This document shows, piece after piece, positions 1 to 14,295 of a stretch of 64,000 bases of DNA (position 1 is its first letter; every line of letters starts with the position of its first letter). The translations under genes were made by a program, and so were the position numbers. The stretch is from Lingula anatina. Lineage: Eukaryota > Animalia > Brachiopoda. The notes beneath the pieces are model-generated. The model searched no databases, was not told the DNA's origin, and saw only the letters and a list, made by a program, of their open reading frames with translations. The stretch covers positions 4,960,001 through 5,024,000 of the forward strand of contig CM120649.1 of assembly GCA_051362555.1 (NCBI GenBank), in the 5' to 3' direction.

Positions 1-71
1 AACCCAGCTGGCAAATTATGTTTTTCAACGTTGACAAGACGATTAGATTAGGATTTCCACAGTATAGCTTT

Positions 72-73
<2 letters not shown>

Positions 74-112
<39 letters not shown>
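74..112. repeat. (CA)n microsatellite
   Basis: Direct CA run. Confidence 0.95.
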
Positions 113-118
<6 letters not shown>

Positions 119-209
119 ATAAGAAAGTCACGGTCACCTCAACCTGTAATGTCTATCTATATACAGTATCTATCTATAGCAGGATACCGTGATCTGTCAA
201 CATCGTTAG

Positions 210-2228
210 GGGGGGAATGTCCAGGTAGGTTGGAGATTTTCTCTTAAAATAAAGGTCTTAGCTTTTTTATTCCTATGACATTCATTTAATGTATCTTCAA
301 AACTTCTAATTATGTTGAAACACAGCTCCAACTTCATCGTGTGACGTAATATTGGGGTTTGGGGGACGAAAACACCATTTTTAAACACCTGATTTTTTCA
401 GGCACCTGGACAGCTATAAACATGCTTTTAATGGTATTATAACACTTGAACAAAGTACTACAAAAGGAAATCAGGGATTTTTCTTTAGAGACTTATTTAT
501 GATTTTATCTATAAAAACGTGAAATTATATCAAAATATAAAGGAATTTTCACTTTCAAAGTCAAAAAATTGGAAAAGAGAGGATCAATGAAAAAAATTTA
601 GAAGCACTTGCAGTGCATACTTTTCTTAACAAGCTTGGTGAATTTGGTCTCCCTCAAGTGTACAGGTAGACAGTTATAGCTCGCTCCGATAACGCTATCT
701 CGTCAACCTTGAAAGCATAGAAAACAAGCAAAAACCCTTTCAAGGAGGTTAATTGTCCAAAATAGCAAATTAGCTTTACCTGTTATCGTTCTGGCAATCA
801 CGAAGATGGGTACTCTATTGAGGGTTGAAATTAGCTTGTTTGCATGCATTTGGATGTCAGAAAATCTTATTTTTGTATCAATCTCACCTCCTGTTAGTAA
901 CTTCAAGGGGTTACCGGTAGCACTACCAGAATGATTGACAGGCAATCAAGTAAGCTCTAACTACTCAACCAATCAGTGGCCACGTCAACTGACGTCGGGG
1001 CAAGTGTTAGGGATGTGCTCTAGGATGTGCACACAATATAGCATCATCGCAGGTGGTCTTGTCCACATTCGCCGAGCGAAAAATGGTTCAAAAACACGGT
1101 CGTGTTACGGGACGCCGATCGGACCATCAGCAACAAGAAATAGATGCAACCAGGCAGGGCTTGTTAGAGGAAATGTGTAAAGTTGTGTTTGGCAGAAATT
1201 GGGATAATTATTGAAAAAAAAAAAAAAAAAAAAAACAATGTCGGCCATGAAAGTGCATAAATGCAGCCAGAACTGTACCTCGCGGTATACCAGCATTTAG
1301 GTTGAAAATGATATAGGGCTTAGGCTATGTTCACATGAAAAATCTAAATTCTAAAAACCTAGTCTGTGCCCTGAATACCCCGCGGCGTAATTAAATAGCA
1401 GAGCGAGCGAGTTACTTCCAAAGCTGTAATTAAATCTCGGTTGCGTTTGGAGGAAATTATGGTACCGGCTCATATCTCATAGCTGAAATGAATAATTCTG
1501 AAAAATCAAAATGTTATAAATACTACAGCCCTCACGTGATCTCAGCTTACTATTGTTCGCGCGAGTCTAACTATATCATTAGCTCTTCTTGCTTATTTTT
1601 TTTTTTTTTGCACATGTACTGATATTTTACGTCACTCGATGAAAGGTTACGCTAGGATATTGGCTCAAGTCTTTTCAAAGCAATCTTGTATATGATTTCA
1701 GTCAGTATTCGACGCAATGTTCACGTCAGAAAAAGTCCAAAACACAGAAATTATCACCATCGTAGAGCAAAGTAATCATTAGTTGTCAGGTTAAAGATTT
1801 GATAAACATGCGCCTCGATGCTAGGCCAGATGGCCCAAGTTGCATGGATCTATAAAATCTGACTATAAGATTGATCGATAGTTTGACGGTTGCCGTCACA
1901 GGTAGCAAGCAGCGGAATGTTTCTTTTTTTTTTTCGTATCTCCAAATGTTAAGTTAAGAAAATCAAAAGTACATGTATAGCAACAAGCAATTCAAGGAAA
2001 AACGCGTAGTTTGAGAAAATCCAATGTGTCAGAAACGAAGGCGGGGCATAGACCAAACCACCGGTGCCGATGAGTGCAGCATCAAAATCCTCAGAAAAAA
2101 TATATTTTTTGTTCAAAATGTAAAAAGGTTATTCCGTTAAAAGTTAGATACACATTCAACCAATAATTAGACATAAAAACCCAAAATGATGATTTTTGAA
2201 ATGAAATGTTATTTCAGTACATTCCCCC
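210..2228. mobile_element. Possible nested non-autonomous DNA transposon (Kolobok-like ends)
   Basis: Left ttag-GGGGGGAATGT and right ACATTCCCCC-ttaa form a short inverted terminal match with TTAA-like flanks. The internal sequence was not verified. Confidence 0.3.
1323..1420. mobile_element. Degenerate left arm of the palindromic MITE family seen intact at 53647-53903
   Basis: ggctatgttcacatg...gtctgtgccctgaataccccgcggcgtaatta...gcgagcgagttac aligns to ggcttcgttcacatg...gtctgtgccctgaatatcccgccgcgtaatta...gcgagccagttac. Confidence 0.7.
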
Positions 2229-3623
2229 TTAACTTCACTCCATCACATTTACAGCTGAACTTATTCCTCCTTGTGTAAGCTGACCTTGCGAGGAAGTTTA
2301 TTGGAATGTATTTCTGAATAACAAGTTAAGAAAATTCACTAGTTCACTAAAGACACAAAAAAAAAAAAAATATCACTTTTACTTTAAAGCACTGTTTTTC
2401 ATATTTTGATAAAGTTCGTTACAGTATTGATGTCTATTTAATCTTTTCAGGAATCAATGAACAATATGTGGATAATGCAGTACTGTTGTTGATGTTAATA
2501 GGCTAGAACTTATCATTACCCATGGCAACATACCCGTTATATCTTGCAGCTGCCGTAAAATTATTTTAATACATTATGTCATATATAGGCCTTTATATAA
2601 ACATAGTATCACGTTTTTAATAATTGATATTTTAAATTACGATCCATGTCTTGCATCACGATGACCAGACAACAACGTTGAGTCAACGTTACATTATGAC
2701 GGCGTTTTGATGTGGCTGGATCAACAATATTGATTTGACGTTGAATTTAGGTAGATCAACGGTCCGGCCTGTTTTCAACGTTGATCCAATGTCACTATAC
2801 CTGCTGGGAAATGATGCATATGTGGGCACAATTAAATAACCAGACATCCTTTGATCACGCTCAGTTCTGGTGCACTTTTGGGACAGATTTATGGTGTTAA
2901 CAGTATTGCGAATTCTATTATAAGTCATAAGTACATGTATAAGGCACAAACAATGGAACTTAATTAACACGGGTTCTAAATGTCTATAGTTAGGCACCAT
3001 GAGTGAAATTCGCCAGATTCTATTTCCATTGCCAGATTGTCAAAACGAGAAAAATAAAACACGGTGAGTTTATGGATTGTTTTTATAAGAATGTTTAATG
3101 AAAAAAAAAAAAAAAAACATTGCTGACCTTTTATGAAAATTCTCCCCTTGCTTTATAAAGTTCCAACACGTATTGTCCGTTTTAAGGTTAGAAATACTAT
3201 CATAAGATCTTTGTAGTAAGTTAGTACAGGAGGAGTGACTTGCAACATGCAGGGGCTTGTTTTGCCAATCTGGCGACGAAAGAAATAATCTTTTTTCAAT
3301 TTTTCTTTAGTGATTTACTTTTGATGGTCGATATTATGACCAGATCTTGAGAGAAAGTGTACCTTTTCCTTTACCTTTAATGTGTCAGTTTTAGGCGCGT
3401 ACATCACATCTTTTAAATAACTAAGATACTTTTAACCTATTAAATACAGCCTTTGCGCCATCAAAAAGATGCGCAATAATGGTTAATGGGGCATATGCTT
3501 TATAACGGGCTTTGAGAAAACGAAAGAAGTTCCCCTGGCTTCTTTTAACACATGTCTTTAGATTTCTGTGAGTTACAATTAAGTTATCCTTTATGGGAAT
3601 CCCAGTAACAATGTATCACTTAG

Positions 3624-6600
3624 TTACGGATCCGTTTCTGTGGTGATACTTGCGCTGCCATGGTAACAGCATCGATTTTGCATCTTGCGTACCCATGGTA
3701 ACGACATAATTGTTCCACCGGCAATGAACAATAGAGAGCCGGTAATGTAAAGTGTCAAGTCGTAAGAACCGGTTAAATCGTACAGACTGCCTGAAATAAA
3801 ACAGAATAAAAGTATTTAATAGGTTTTAAAGACGTAAAATGGCTGACTGATATAAACAGGCTAGCAAATAGCTAGCAATTATATCTTGACATATTATCTG
3901 TGGCACTGTTTTATCATTAATTCAAAATACTGATTTATTACAAGTATCATTAATTTTATTATTTATTTGTACGAGAAAAAATCAATAATTATTTGCAATT
4001 CCGTAGGAATAATAAAAATACACCCAAAATTAATATTGACAACTCGAAAGCATAAGCACATACTTCTCCTACAGTATGTATATAGTTATAACAATTATAG
4101 CACTGGAATATAATATCATCAGGCATTAATAGTAAATATGAAAAGAAATAATGTCATAATGATTCTAGGACATCCCCCCCGGACTAAACCCCCCGGAACC
4201 CCCCCTCCCAAGAAATATATATTTGTATATACATATATAAAGTAGAAAGTGTAAAGTTTAAAACATTTCATCCATTTTATTAATATTTTAAGTGTGATAA
4301 TACAACTTCATCATGAAACAAATTATTTCAGAGCAAATTCCCTTTTCATTGACTACAAGTACAGGAAGATTTATTAAATATCTAATCGAAGTATAACCAC
4401 CTATCCTTCAGGTAACGGTGGGGTAAACAGATGAACAGGTAAACAGATATTTTATGAATATTTGTCCTGGGGGGGATTGTCCCGGGGGGGGGGTGTCCGG
4501 GCGGAATAGTCGGGGGGGGGGGGGGGGGTTGTCCGGGGGGAATTGTCCTGATACCGTCAAAATTTATGGCTGACATACCTCCAGTCGATAACAGTAGGGA
4601 ACCCAAACCTACGGCTACCATGGTGAGTCCAAATGAAGGTCCGAGTTTCTCAATACCGACTAAATCTCTCAGAACAACCGGGACCAGAGAGATAGTGGTA
4701 CCTGTAGAACGAGCAGAAATACATTGTATTCAAGTGCCTTGTGTGATTAGATTGGATGGTATCAATGTTTTAAAAATGTTTACCCATTGTAGCAAAAATA
4801 TCTGCATGGGTAAATGAAAATGTTCAGTAGATACAATTATAAATAAACACACTATTATATAATGGAATACCGTAACTATATATATACTCAAATAAAAGAA
4901 GGAGATATGTATTACATGTATTTATATGAATGTGTCTTATTAGGGACTCTTATTTAGTATGTTTTTTAGCTTCAAGAAAAAACATAAATTTTAACAATAT
5001 TGAGTACAGAAAGGAAGAGGGTATACCTGTATTAAGAGTAACATGCCTGCAAAATAAGATGCACGCACAAACAAATATGCACCTATGTATATAACGTACA
5101 TCTTTTGTGTATATATATATATGAACAGTGCAAATAACTCATGCTGCTGTACAATTAAGTATAAAATAAAGACTCTGAAAAGTTACCAGGATCTCACTTA
5201 CCCACGGTCAAACCATAAAAACCGCACACCGTCGCAATCACATTGTATCCCGTCAAAGACGGCAGCATGGAAACAATGACGCCTCTCACCATTATACTTG
5301 CCCCAAGCATATAGCGTCTGTTAGCACACCGGAAGTCTGCAAACGCACCCATCACGATTCGAGCCACTGTGTTAGCAACACCTACAATTGACAGCAGGAA
5401 CGCCGCTTTGTTCACCCCTATCCCCACGTCACGAGCTATATCTGGTATGTAAATATGGAGCACCACGAGTCCTATTTGGATCATTAACATACACACTAGC
5501 CACACAACAAAATCAGCTCTTCTTAATAAGGATACATAGATCACATTTTTGAAAAACTTCGTCGGTCTGTCGCAGCAATTTGAGGTATGTTCTGATCCGT
5601 TTCCCTCGTTGCTCTTTAATTCAGATGTAGGGATCAGAATGCTGAAAACTATTCCTGAGAGAGAACATCCAGCCAAAACCAGAAGTGCGTATCGCCAAGA
5701 AAAAACTTGAACGATGAATTCTGTGAAGGTAACCATTGAAAATGTCCCAACACCTGATCCGCACACAGCAACCCCCATGGCTAGACTTTTCCTCTTCTCA
5801 AAATGATCCTGGACGGAGACAATGCTTTGAAAAAACATCATTCCAAAACCGAGGCCAGTCAAAACCCCGTATGTTAGATACAGCAAGGACAAGTTTGGCG
5901 CTAGGGAACTCACGCCAAATCCCGCCGCGGCAACGATAGAACCAGTGATTCCAACAGCTCGGTGTCCAAATTTTTCTGATAGGGAGCTCGCTATTGGACC
6001 TAAAAATATCCAACCAGAATACGTCTAAAGCATTCATTCTTTCAAAAGTGCGTAGGACTGAATTTAACTTTTATAACCTGTTTTTTTTTTCAGAATCTTA
6101 TTTCGTAACTTACATGTATAACAAGTCGCTTTGATGAGAGTTACACCAAGTTTATATACAGTAAAACAGATTGTAACATAATAAAACCTTGACATAAAAG
6201 CACTCCGAGAGCGCAGACCTCCGCCAAGGCAGCGATTTTTTATTATTATTGATTATTGGTTGATTATTATCCGGATCACCACCAAAAACTAACCACTTCT
6301 AAGTTAACCCATTTCCCACCTACCCTGAAAATTTCATCAAAATCGGTTCATAACTTTTTGAGTTATGTTGCTGACAAACAGACAGACAGACAGACAGGGG
6401 TGAAAACATAACCTCCTTGGCGGAGGTAAATATGCCAAATCCAGTATAAAATATGTTTAATATTTATCTCTCCCTCCCTCTAACAGAGACAGAAAGTGAT
6501 AGACTTAAAAACGGGACTTATTCCAGCTATAAATTATTTTAATTAAAATACATAGGAAATTATTGTTTAAAATCGAAAAAATACTGTTAGCGTATTGGTG

Positions 6601-7684
6601 TATGTTAAGCTCTATAAAGCGCTATAAATGTTTGGTTTACTCATAGTTTGCCAGCTTACAAACTTTAAATGTCTGTAAGGTAATTATTATCAAGAACAAA
6701 ATTAGTTCATTTACATCAAACACAATTTTGAAACTTGTCATTCTGTTAAATTTGTTCCGTTAATGGGAATATCTGTCCATTTGATTTGTCTTCGTGTCGA
6801 CTTTACATGAACAATAAACTCTAAGTTTGGCTGTTAACTGAGCGTTTATTTTAAGCTCAGTGTCATTGCTACAATGAGTAGGCAGATTTCTACTTTTAAG
6901 GTACGAAATACAAACTGTAGACTCGTATGTCATTGTTTACGAAACCACTGGGGAAAGCTGCTGTCATGCAAATTTGATCTGAGGGACAGGGAAGAGCTGG
7001 GTGCGTAAAAAATAGGTGTATCCTACCCATAACCCAGCTCAGAGCTATTTGGACGGCACCAACCCATGACGTCGCTGACCTGCTCTCTTCAAATTCGTTC
7101 AGCAGGGCGATGTAGAGCACACCGAAAGAGTTGATAATGCCGTCTACGATAAAGTGAATGAAGAATGATGCCAAGACCACCAGCCAGTCAATGCAACGGT
7201 CGGTCCGAACTACAGCATTCTCTTCCATCGCTGGTTGTCTTGATTCCGTGAAGCTTAGGGCAGGCGACCAAGACCCTAAGCTTAGCCTGCGTTGTACACC
7301 TGTAAAATATAACAATAATGGATAACATTTTTCTTTCTTCTCCCCATACATTTTTGTAGTGTTGAAGCATCTTGTATTAGCGAACTGACATCTCGTAATG
7401 TAGGCGCAGTATCACTGCAAAACAACAAACATATTTTAACCCTTTTTAATTGGTTTTAGTTTTTATAGTTTTTAGTGTAACAAATTACCTGGACAGTTAG
7501 ATTCCCCTCCAGTGCGTCTCTGACTTAGAATTTTATGCATGTTAGAACTATGTTCTTCTACATCACCATCAGGGTTGTTACCGGACGTGTCACCTTCTAT
7601 TGCATAGTTTTTAAATCCGTCATTGGTAAACCAAACTTGTACTGAACTTTCAAGCACAGCCGTACTCGGAGATGAATCAACCAT
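3624..7684 (-). CDS. SLC16/MCT monocarboxylate transporter-like, tandem copy A (about 518 aa)
   Basis: Exons 7684-7489, 7299-7027, 5999-5202, 4701-4579, 3790-3624. All introns are GT-AG, phase 1. MCT motifs: WLVVLASFFIHFIVDG...SFG, TSWVG, YLTYGVLTGLGFG, HFEKRKSLAMGVAVCGSGVG, GVANTVAR, LYDLTGSY. Confidence 0.9.
4160..4556. mobile_element. MITE-like element with C-rich left arm and G-rich right arm (GGAC..CCCCC repeats)
   Basis: Left aggacatcccccccggactaaaccccccgg is complementary to right ...gtccggggggaattgtcctg. Lies in the last intron of MCT copy A. Confidence 0.55.
6196..6429 (+). mobile_element. Helentron-associated (HINE/DINE-like) non-autonomous element
   Basis: Subterminal inverted pair ACCTCCGCCAAGG (6217) / CCTTGGCGGAGGT (6415), internal (GACA)n microsatellite and a 3' hairpin ACCTCCTTGGCGGAGGT. 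Confidence 0.65.
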
Positions 7685-10467
7685 ATCAACACCCTTGTTT
7701 ATTTGTTCTTTACTGAACTGTAACTTTCAAGGATGGAAAAGACGGTAGTCTGTCTTAAAGTAAGACGTCCTGATAGACCCCCTTTACACAGAGCTGTGAC
7801 CCTAGTGGTACGCTGCAGAATGGATGTCTATAGTGGTCCCTCTATCAGTTTAAAGTACGAATAGATACGTAATAGATGCATTTTTACTGTTAATCTTGAT
7901 GATGTCCCTACCGCCATTCACTGTGCTTCCTTTGATCTCAACGGAAAGTCAGCTATTGTTGTAAATAACAGACCAATATCATGGCAACTTGCTCAGACAA
8001 AGAAAAAAGCGTCGAAAAAATAGGTTAACATTCAGCCTTATACGCCCTTATCAAATATGCATACAAAACTTGTGTTGCGTCCTTATTCTCAATTCAAAAA
8101 CCGTTTCGTGGAGCATGATAAATAGTCTATGTATAATCATCATCTGTATATTCTACCAGTGCATTTAAACCATAAATATCGCAAATACGTTTTACATCTC
8201 ATGGCCCATATTTTAAACATATAATAAATGACACGTCATGACTTGTAAACCTTAATGTAGATGTACAAGGTTAGTCGTACATGAAAATACGTGCATTGCA
8301 TGGTTATACCTATATATAAGCAAAAAATAGCTCGGTTTCATAACAGTTACCAGGGCAACTGGATGAAAAACGTAACATGATGGGAGTAGTTTGAGACTTT
8401 TCAATGAGTCCGCGTCACGAAGTAGAGCCATTTCGTCACACCTCCTATGGACGAACTAAAATGACGTACAATGAACCTTGCTAAGGGACTCCTATCAAAA
8501 ACAAACTAAACAACTTTGCATTTGTCATTTTATTAAGACAAAAAAGGAAAATGTATGCGCTTACTCTTGTGTTTAGGGATTAAGCAAACAAGAAGAAATT
8601 TGATTGCATTAAGTTTACTAGTATTAGTAGTATTATATTTGGAAGTTTGAACATTTTTCGATTTCAAAATGAATATCGAAGGGGGATAGGATTAAAGTTC
8701 GAGAAAAAAACCTGAAAGGGCGAATTTTAATTTTTTCTTTCAATATCATTTGTAGAATTATGGAAAAGTTTATCATTTAAAAACAGTATATACACACACT
8801 CCAGTATAAACCTGACGAAAAATATCTAGATGCATCTTGAAAAACGACGAGAAAATGGCGGTCTCAGACCCTCTCCAAATGTACAGTAGATGTAATTTAC
8901 CGGTGATACCTTTTTCTGAAAATAAAAACACAAATATTCTAACAAACAAAAATTAGAAAGCTTTTTCTCCCACTGTACCTTTTACACCGCCTTCCTGGAA
9001 ATATTAACGTTGACCTTGAACTCCAAATGCATTATGGGAGTTCCTAATTTCAGCAAGAACAGATATTTCTAGCATTGTATTCTCCCCGAGCAGAAAAGTG
9101 TCACCCCTACAACACTAATGTACATTGCTTAAAGGGTACTCATATGTTAAATTTTACTATTATATAACAATCAGTTGTCCAATCATCGTGTAAAATGGGG
9201 ATGTGAGGAGTAGAACATTGACCTACCCATGTACGTTATAGATAATTGAAATATAACTTTCATATTTTTTCAGTACACGGTGGAGGTACCCTGTATAATG
9301 GTCTTACAGGCAATTGCTGAAGGGGAGAAAGGAATTTAAGTAAGGATAAATGCCTCGCTTAAGCTTAAAAAACATGTAAAATAAATAAATATTTCCTCGA
9401 ATGAATTTTTTATTTCATTTTATTTACTCACCAGTCATTATTCACCAAAAAGTACTCTCAGTCAAAGTCAAACTTTAGATTAATATTTTTATGACTAAAC
9501 AAAAAGACTGTCTCGAGCAGAGATTGATGCAGATTACGGAAGTATGTTGATAAACATAACATATACAAAGGTGAGATTTACAATTTGAGGAAAAAAGGAC
9601 AGAAGTTAATTATTGCCTGTTTTACCAGATTTGATTATATTTTGTATCTCAGAAAAAAAACAGAAACTTAAAGTTTGGCTCCAAAAGCGCCTGTTTATTC
9701 CCTCAAACACGTTCATGTAACATGTGTATGTGTGAGGTTGTGATTGTGTTAGCGTAGTGTGTTCGTCTCTTTCCGTTCGTGTTCGTGTATGGCCGTTTAT
9801 CTATAAAACGCGCCCTTTCTCTTTCGCGGCACATTCGTCCTACCACGTGTGTCACATACACTAACAAGAAAATATTGACTTGATTCTTTTTCTTTTTGCT
9901 ATCTTTGATATCATAGAGTTTTGTTTTATTTTTTTATAAAAATAAGTATACTTTACTTCGTTTAGTTGATGTTATTTCATCTCAGATATTCTTTATTTTA
10001 AGTCTTAGTTCATTTAATTCATTCTATTAGTTTCTTTATATTGTCAACACGTTTGTTCTCTTACGTGTGTGTCATAAATTTACATATCTTGTGAATAAAC
10101 AATAAGTTTATTTCAAACTCACGTTCTCGAGTCGTGCAAAAGTCATTGTTACATCTGTTACATTAAAATTATTTCTATACAACCTTGTATGGTGGTTTTA
10201 ATCTAGGACGTAGGATGTTTCGTATGTCCTAGTTTAAATGTTGCAGTACACAGATATTTCACAGTCAATTCATGGTTGATCTGAATACTTATAGACTGCA
10301 GTCAATCAGCCAGTTTCAACTACCAACGTGCTCTAACTCTAGCACATAATCTGATACAGTGTGAATAAATACCAACCAACAGTAACAGAAAATAATCATG
10401 TATAACATTGGTAGATAATCATATATTGGTGAATATTCAAAGGAAAAACTCGCATTTAGTTAAGCTG

Positions 10468-10546
10468 ACCTACCTCCAGCCGATAACAGTAGTAACCCAA
10501 AACTATTTTTCTAACATAGTGAGTCCAGATGAAGGTTTCTCGATAA
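10468..10546 (-). pseudogene. Orphan degenerate fragment of MCT exon 4 (3' half with donor)
   Basis: tacctccagccgataacagtagtaacccaaaac...ctaacatagtgagtccagatgaagg matches exon 4 of the other copies. It has indels, no acceptor and no matching exon 5 downstream. Confidence 0.7.
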
Positions 10547-10617
10547 CAACTTTAGCGCGCAAGCAAATTGTTAAGTTAAACATTTTTTGTCTCTGGAGCT
10601 TCCATAGAGAACCATTT

Positions 10618-13600
10618 TCAAGATTCTGTTTCTGTGATATTTGCGCTGCCATGGTAACAACATCGGCCCTGCAGGTCACGTATCCATGGCAACAGCAGAA
10701 GAGTTCCACCGGCAACGAATAATAGAGAGCCGGCGATATAAAAGGTGACATCATAGGAGCCGAATAAATCATACAAACTACCTGAAACAAAAGGTTTTAA
10801 ATTACTTTAAATGAATTCCATTTAAAACACATGTTTCAATGCATGTGACATAATGGGTAAATAAAACTAGATATATTGTCAGCAGCATTACAGATTTAGT
10901 TATTATTATTATTATTATTATATTCTCATGGAAAACAATATATCTGCCATATTGCATTCCGTACCAAATAATGTACATAATCGAACCCCTTCAAAATATT
11001 AAATTGTGTAAGTTACTTTACCAGTTTCCAGTATGAGCACATGCATGTACCTCCCAAAGAAATCTGCCATATACAGGGTAGTATGACTTCTAAAAAAATA
11101 GGTTATCCCACATCCCATTCCATCTGCTATTATTTACAAATGATAACCTCACAGGCGTAAATTGATATAAAAAAGTGCTTTCTATTCCAGATACCTGATC
11201 TAACATGCCTCAAGGATGGTTGCGCCATCAGAACAGTGTGTTTCTGCAAAATTCACTCAGAGAACTTTTTGTAAACAAAAGCACGCAAACTGGAGGTGGG
11301 ACCATCTTTTTGACCAAATGTGTAGGCCTAACAGAAAAAAAATGATTGAAACAACACTCCCCCTTCCCTAATTAGGCCACATACCTCCAGCAGATAACAG
11401 TAGGGAACCCAAACCTACGGCTAACATGGTAAGTCCATATGAAGCTCCAAGTTTCTCAATGCCGACTAAATCTCTCAGAACAACCGGGACCATTGAGACA
11501 AAGATGCCTGTAGGAAGAGCAAAAGTATTTAAACTTGTGCAATGTGATTATTTGATCTTAGATATGTCTAGAAGAAGGTCTGTGTTCGTTTATTTAAACA
11601 ATATATTTTTGTTCATGTTTTTTGTGTACTTGCAAGTCCACTTATTACAAGGTTTGATCAGTTTGTTAAAAACTATAGAATGTGTCTCCCTTTTTTGCCA
11701 AAAACACCACCAAACGAAGAAGATAATGATAATTATTTACTATAGAATGAAAAATCTACTTATTATATAATATAAAATAACGTTTATTTCGTTCTTAACA
11801 GACTTTTTAGCAAGACTTTTGAGACTTTTGAGCAAGAATGGCTAATTCTTCAAAAGCTTTAGTTTCGTGTATCATGTGTTTAAGCATCATATTGAAGTGT
11901 AACATCATAGTGTGGCAGCCAAAGCAAAACATAAAAACCTTGCATAATCAATTTATTTATATTATATTTTCAGTGTCAAAATACCATACTGCTGCACAAG
12001 TTAAGTAAGAAAAAAAAATAGCACCACAATTCCACTTACCAAAGGATAACCCGTAAAACGTGCACACCGTTGCAATAACGCCGTACTCCTTCATAAACGG
12101 CAATATGGAAACCATGACGCCTGCAATCATGACACTGGTCCCAAACATACAGCGTCTGATACATGTAGCATCGCTTACGTCTGCAAACAGACCCATCACG
12201 ACTCGAGCCACTGTGTTAGCAATGCCTACAATCGACACCAGAAACGCTGCGTTGTTCACTTCTATCCCCATAGCTACAGCTATATCTGGTATGTAAGTGT
12301 ATGGCACAACGATTCCTATTTGGGCTATCAAAATGCACACCAGCCACATTACAAAATCAGCTCTTCGGAGCAAGGGGGTGTGGAACAGGTTTTTGAAGAA
12401 CATTTTAGTTTTGTCACAGCGGGATACGCTCTGCTTGGTCTCATTTCCCTTGATTACTTTTAATTTCAGTGGAAAGTACAGCATGCTCAAGCCAATTCCT
12501 GTAAGAGAAAACCCCGCCAGTACAAGAAGAGTGTACCTCCAAGAAATGTTTTTAATGAGGAATCCTGTGAAGGGCGCCATTGAAAATGTCCCAACACCTG
12601 ATCCGCACACTGCAACTCCCATAGCTAGACTTTTCCTCTTTTCAAAATGACCCTGGACGGAGACAATGCTTGGAAAATACATCAGCCCAAAACCGAGGCC
12701 AGTTAGAACCCCGTATGTTAGATAGAGAAACCACATATTTGGTGCCAATGAACTCACGCCAAACCCCGTCGCAGCGAGAATAGAACCAATGACTCCAACA
12801 GCCCGGTGTCCAATCTTGTCTGAAAGGGCGCTTGCTATTGGACCTGAAATGTATATTCGAAATGTGTTTAAAGCAGTAAACGGTTCATATGCCACTAAGG
12901 CCTAAATATCCTAATTATTACAGTTCATACTATTCATAATATATTTTGGCTTGTTTAACATCGATCTGTCAACTGGACATTGTACGCCGTGTTATTCACT
13001 GTAAATAACTTTAATTTTAATTCAAAACGAGTAAGCAAAACACATCGTCGTGTCTGAAGTCTAATTAATGTTCTACAGCTGTAAAGGGATTTTATTTCAG
13101 AAAAACAGAAGTTAGTCACGTTTACATCTGGCAACATTTCTCTCTCTTGTGGTGATTAAAGAGAAAGGGAGTAGATGAAAAGAATTAATGATGGATTTTG
13201 AGGTCAGTTACGCAATTCTTGTCCAGGAATTATCTTCAAAACTTAAACTTTACATTGTTTCTTTCGCTGTACTAAGATTGTAAAGGCAAGCTATATCGTT
13301 TATCTATTTGTCTATGTATTAATTAGACTTCAGACATGACGATGTGTTTTGTTAACTCTTTGTTTACAATACCTTCTCCGACCTACGAACCGTATCAGTG
13401 CATGCTTATACTAAACCATACCTATGCCCCAGTTCACAGCTATTTGAATGGAGCCAACCCAAGACGTCGCTGACTTGCTTTCTTTAAATTCAGTTAACAG
13501 ACTGATGTAGAACACGCCAAAAGAATACATAATCCCGCCAAAGATGAAGTGAATGAAGAAGGATGCCAATACCACTAGCCAATCGATGCAGCGGTCGGTC

Positions 13601-14295
13601 TGAACTCCGGAGATTTGTTCCATCGATAGTTGACTAGAGTCTGTTAAGCTTGTTATATTTGACCCAGACGCCAAGCTCAGCCTGCGTGGTTTATCTGTAT
13701 AAAAAGAAAGTGCTTATGTCGAATATTTTTTACACGTGGGGATTTTGAACTTGGCGGTTCAAAATGTCAATCTGTTACGGATTTAGGTTTGTGAACTTTG
13801 ACTTTATTTTTAACCAAGTTATTTATTTTCCAAATTTGAAGAAGGTTAAATTGAAGTCCTATTTGACACATGCTTAAGTAGAGAAAGTAACGACCATGCC
13901 GGCGCAAAGAAACCTTTTTGTTTCAAAACCAAGTCTTAATGCTGGAAACGTCTGCTCTAACATTCAGTATGGAACCCAATGCGTTGTGACACCAAGTAGC
14001 GAAGGTGCGTCTTTAGTAAAAAAAGTGATTGAATGAGCACCACGTTTATTTTAAAACTGTACAGCCCACAAACTTTTGGGAACTAGTTGAATAAATTACC
14101 TGAATAGCCATTTCCTTCTGCAGATATTATCTCCCTCAATTCACCATGCCTTTCAGAACTATGTCTACCTACATCAACATCACAGTTGTCACCAGCTGTA
14201 TCATCGTCTGTTGTATCTTTGTTAAACCCGTCATTGGTGTGCCCCTCTTGTCTTGCAATTTCTTCTGCAGTGCTATGTGGGGATGTATCAACCAT
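10618..14295 (-). CDS. SLC16/MCT transporter-like, tandem copy B (about 519 aa)
   Basis: Exons 14295-14100, 13694-13422, 12843-12040 (6 nt longer than paralogs), 11507-11385, 10781-10618. GT-AG, phase-1 introns and the same MCT motifs. Confidence 0.9.

Larger units (their letters stand above)
3..2808. mobile_element. Candidate non-autonomous DNA transposon with CCCAGC termini (CACTA/EnSpm-like), containing nested repeats
   Basis: Starts CCCAGCTGG at 3 and ends CCTGCTGGG at 2808. Both ends are flanked by AA (possible 2-bp TSD). Subterminal TCAACGTTGA-type repeats occur at about 24-34 and 2672-2785. No transposase ORF. Confidence 0.4.

Noticed and set aside
4465-4545. G-run cluster as a dedicated G-quadruplex regulatory element
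   Set aside because: It is the right arm of a MITE-like repeat found in only one of five paralogous introns.
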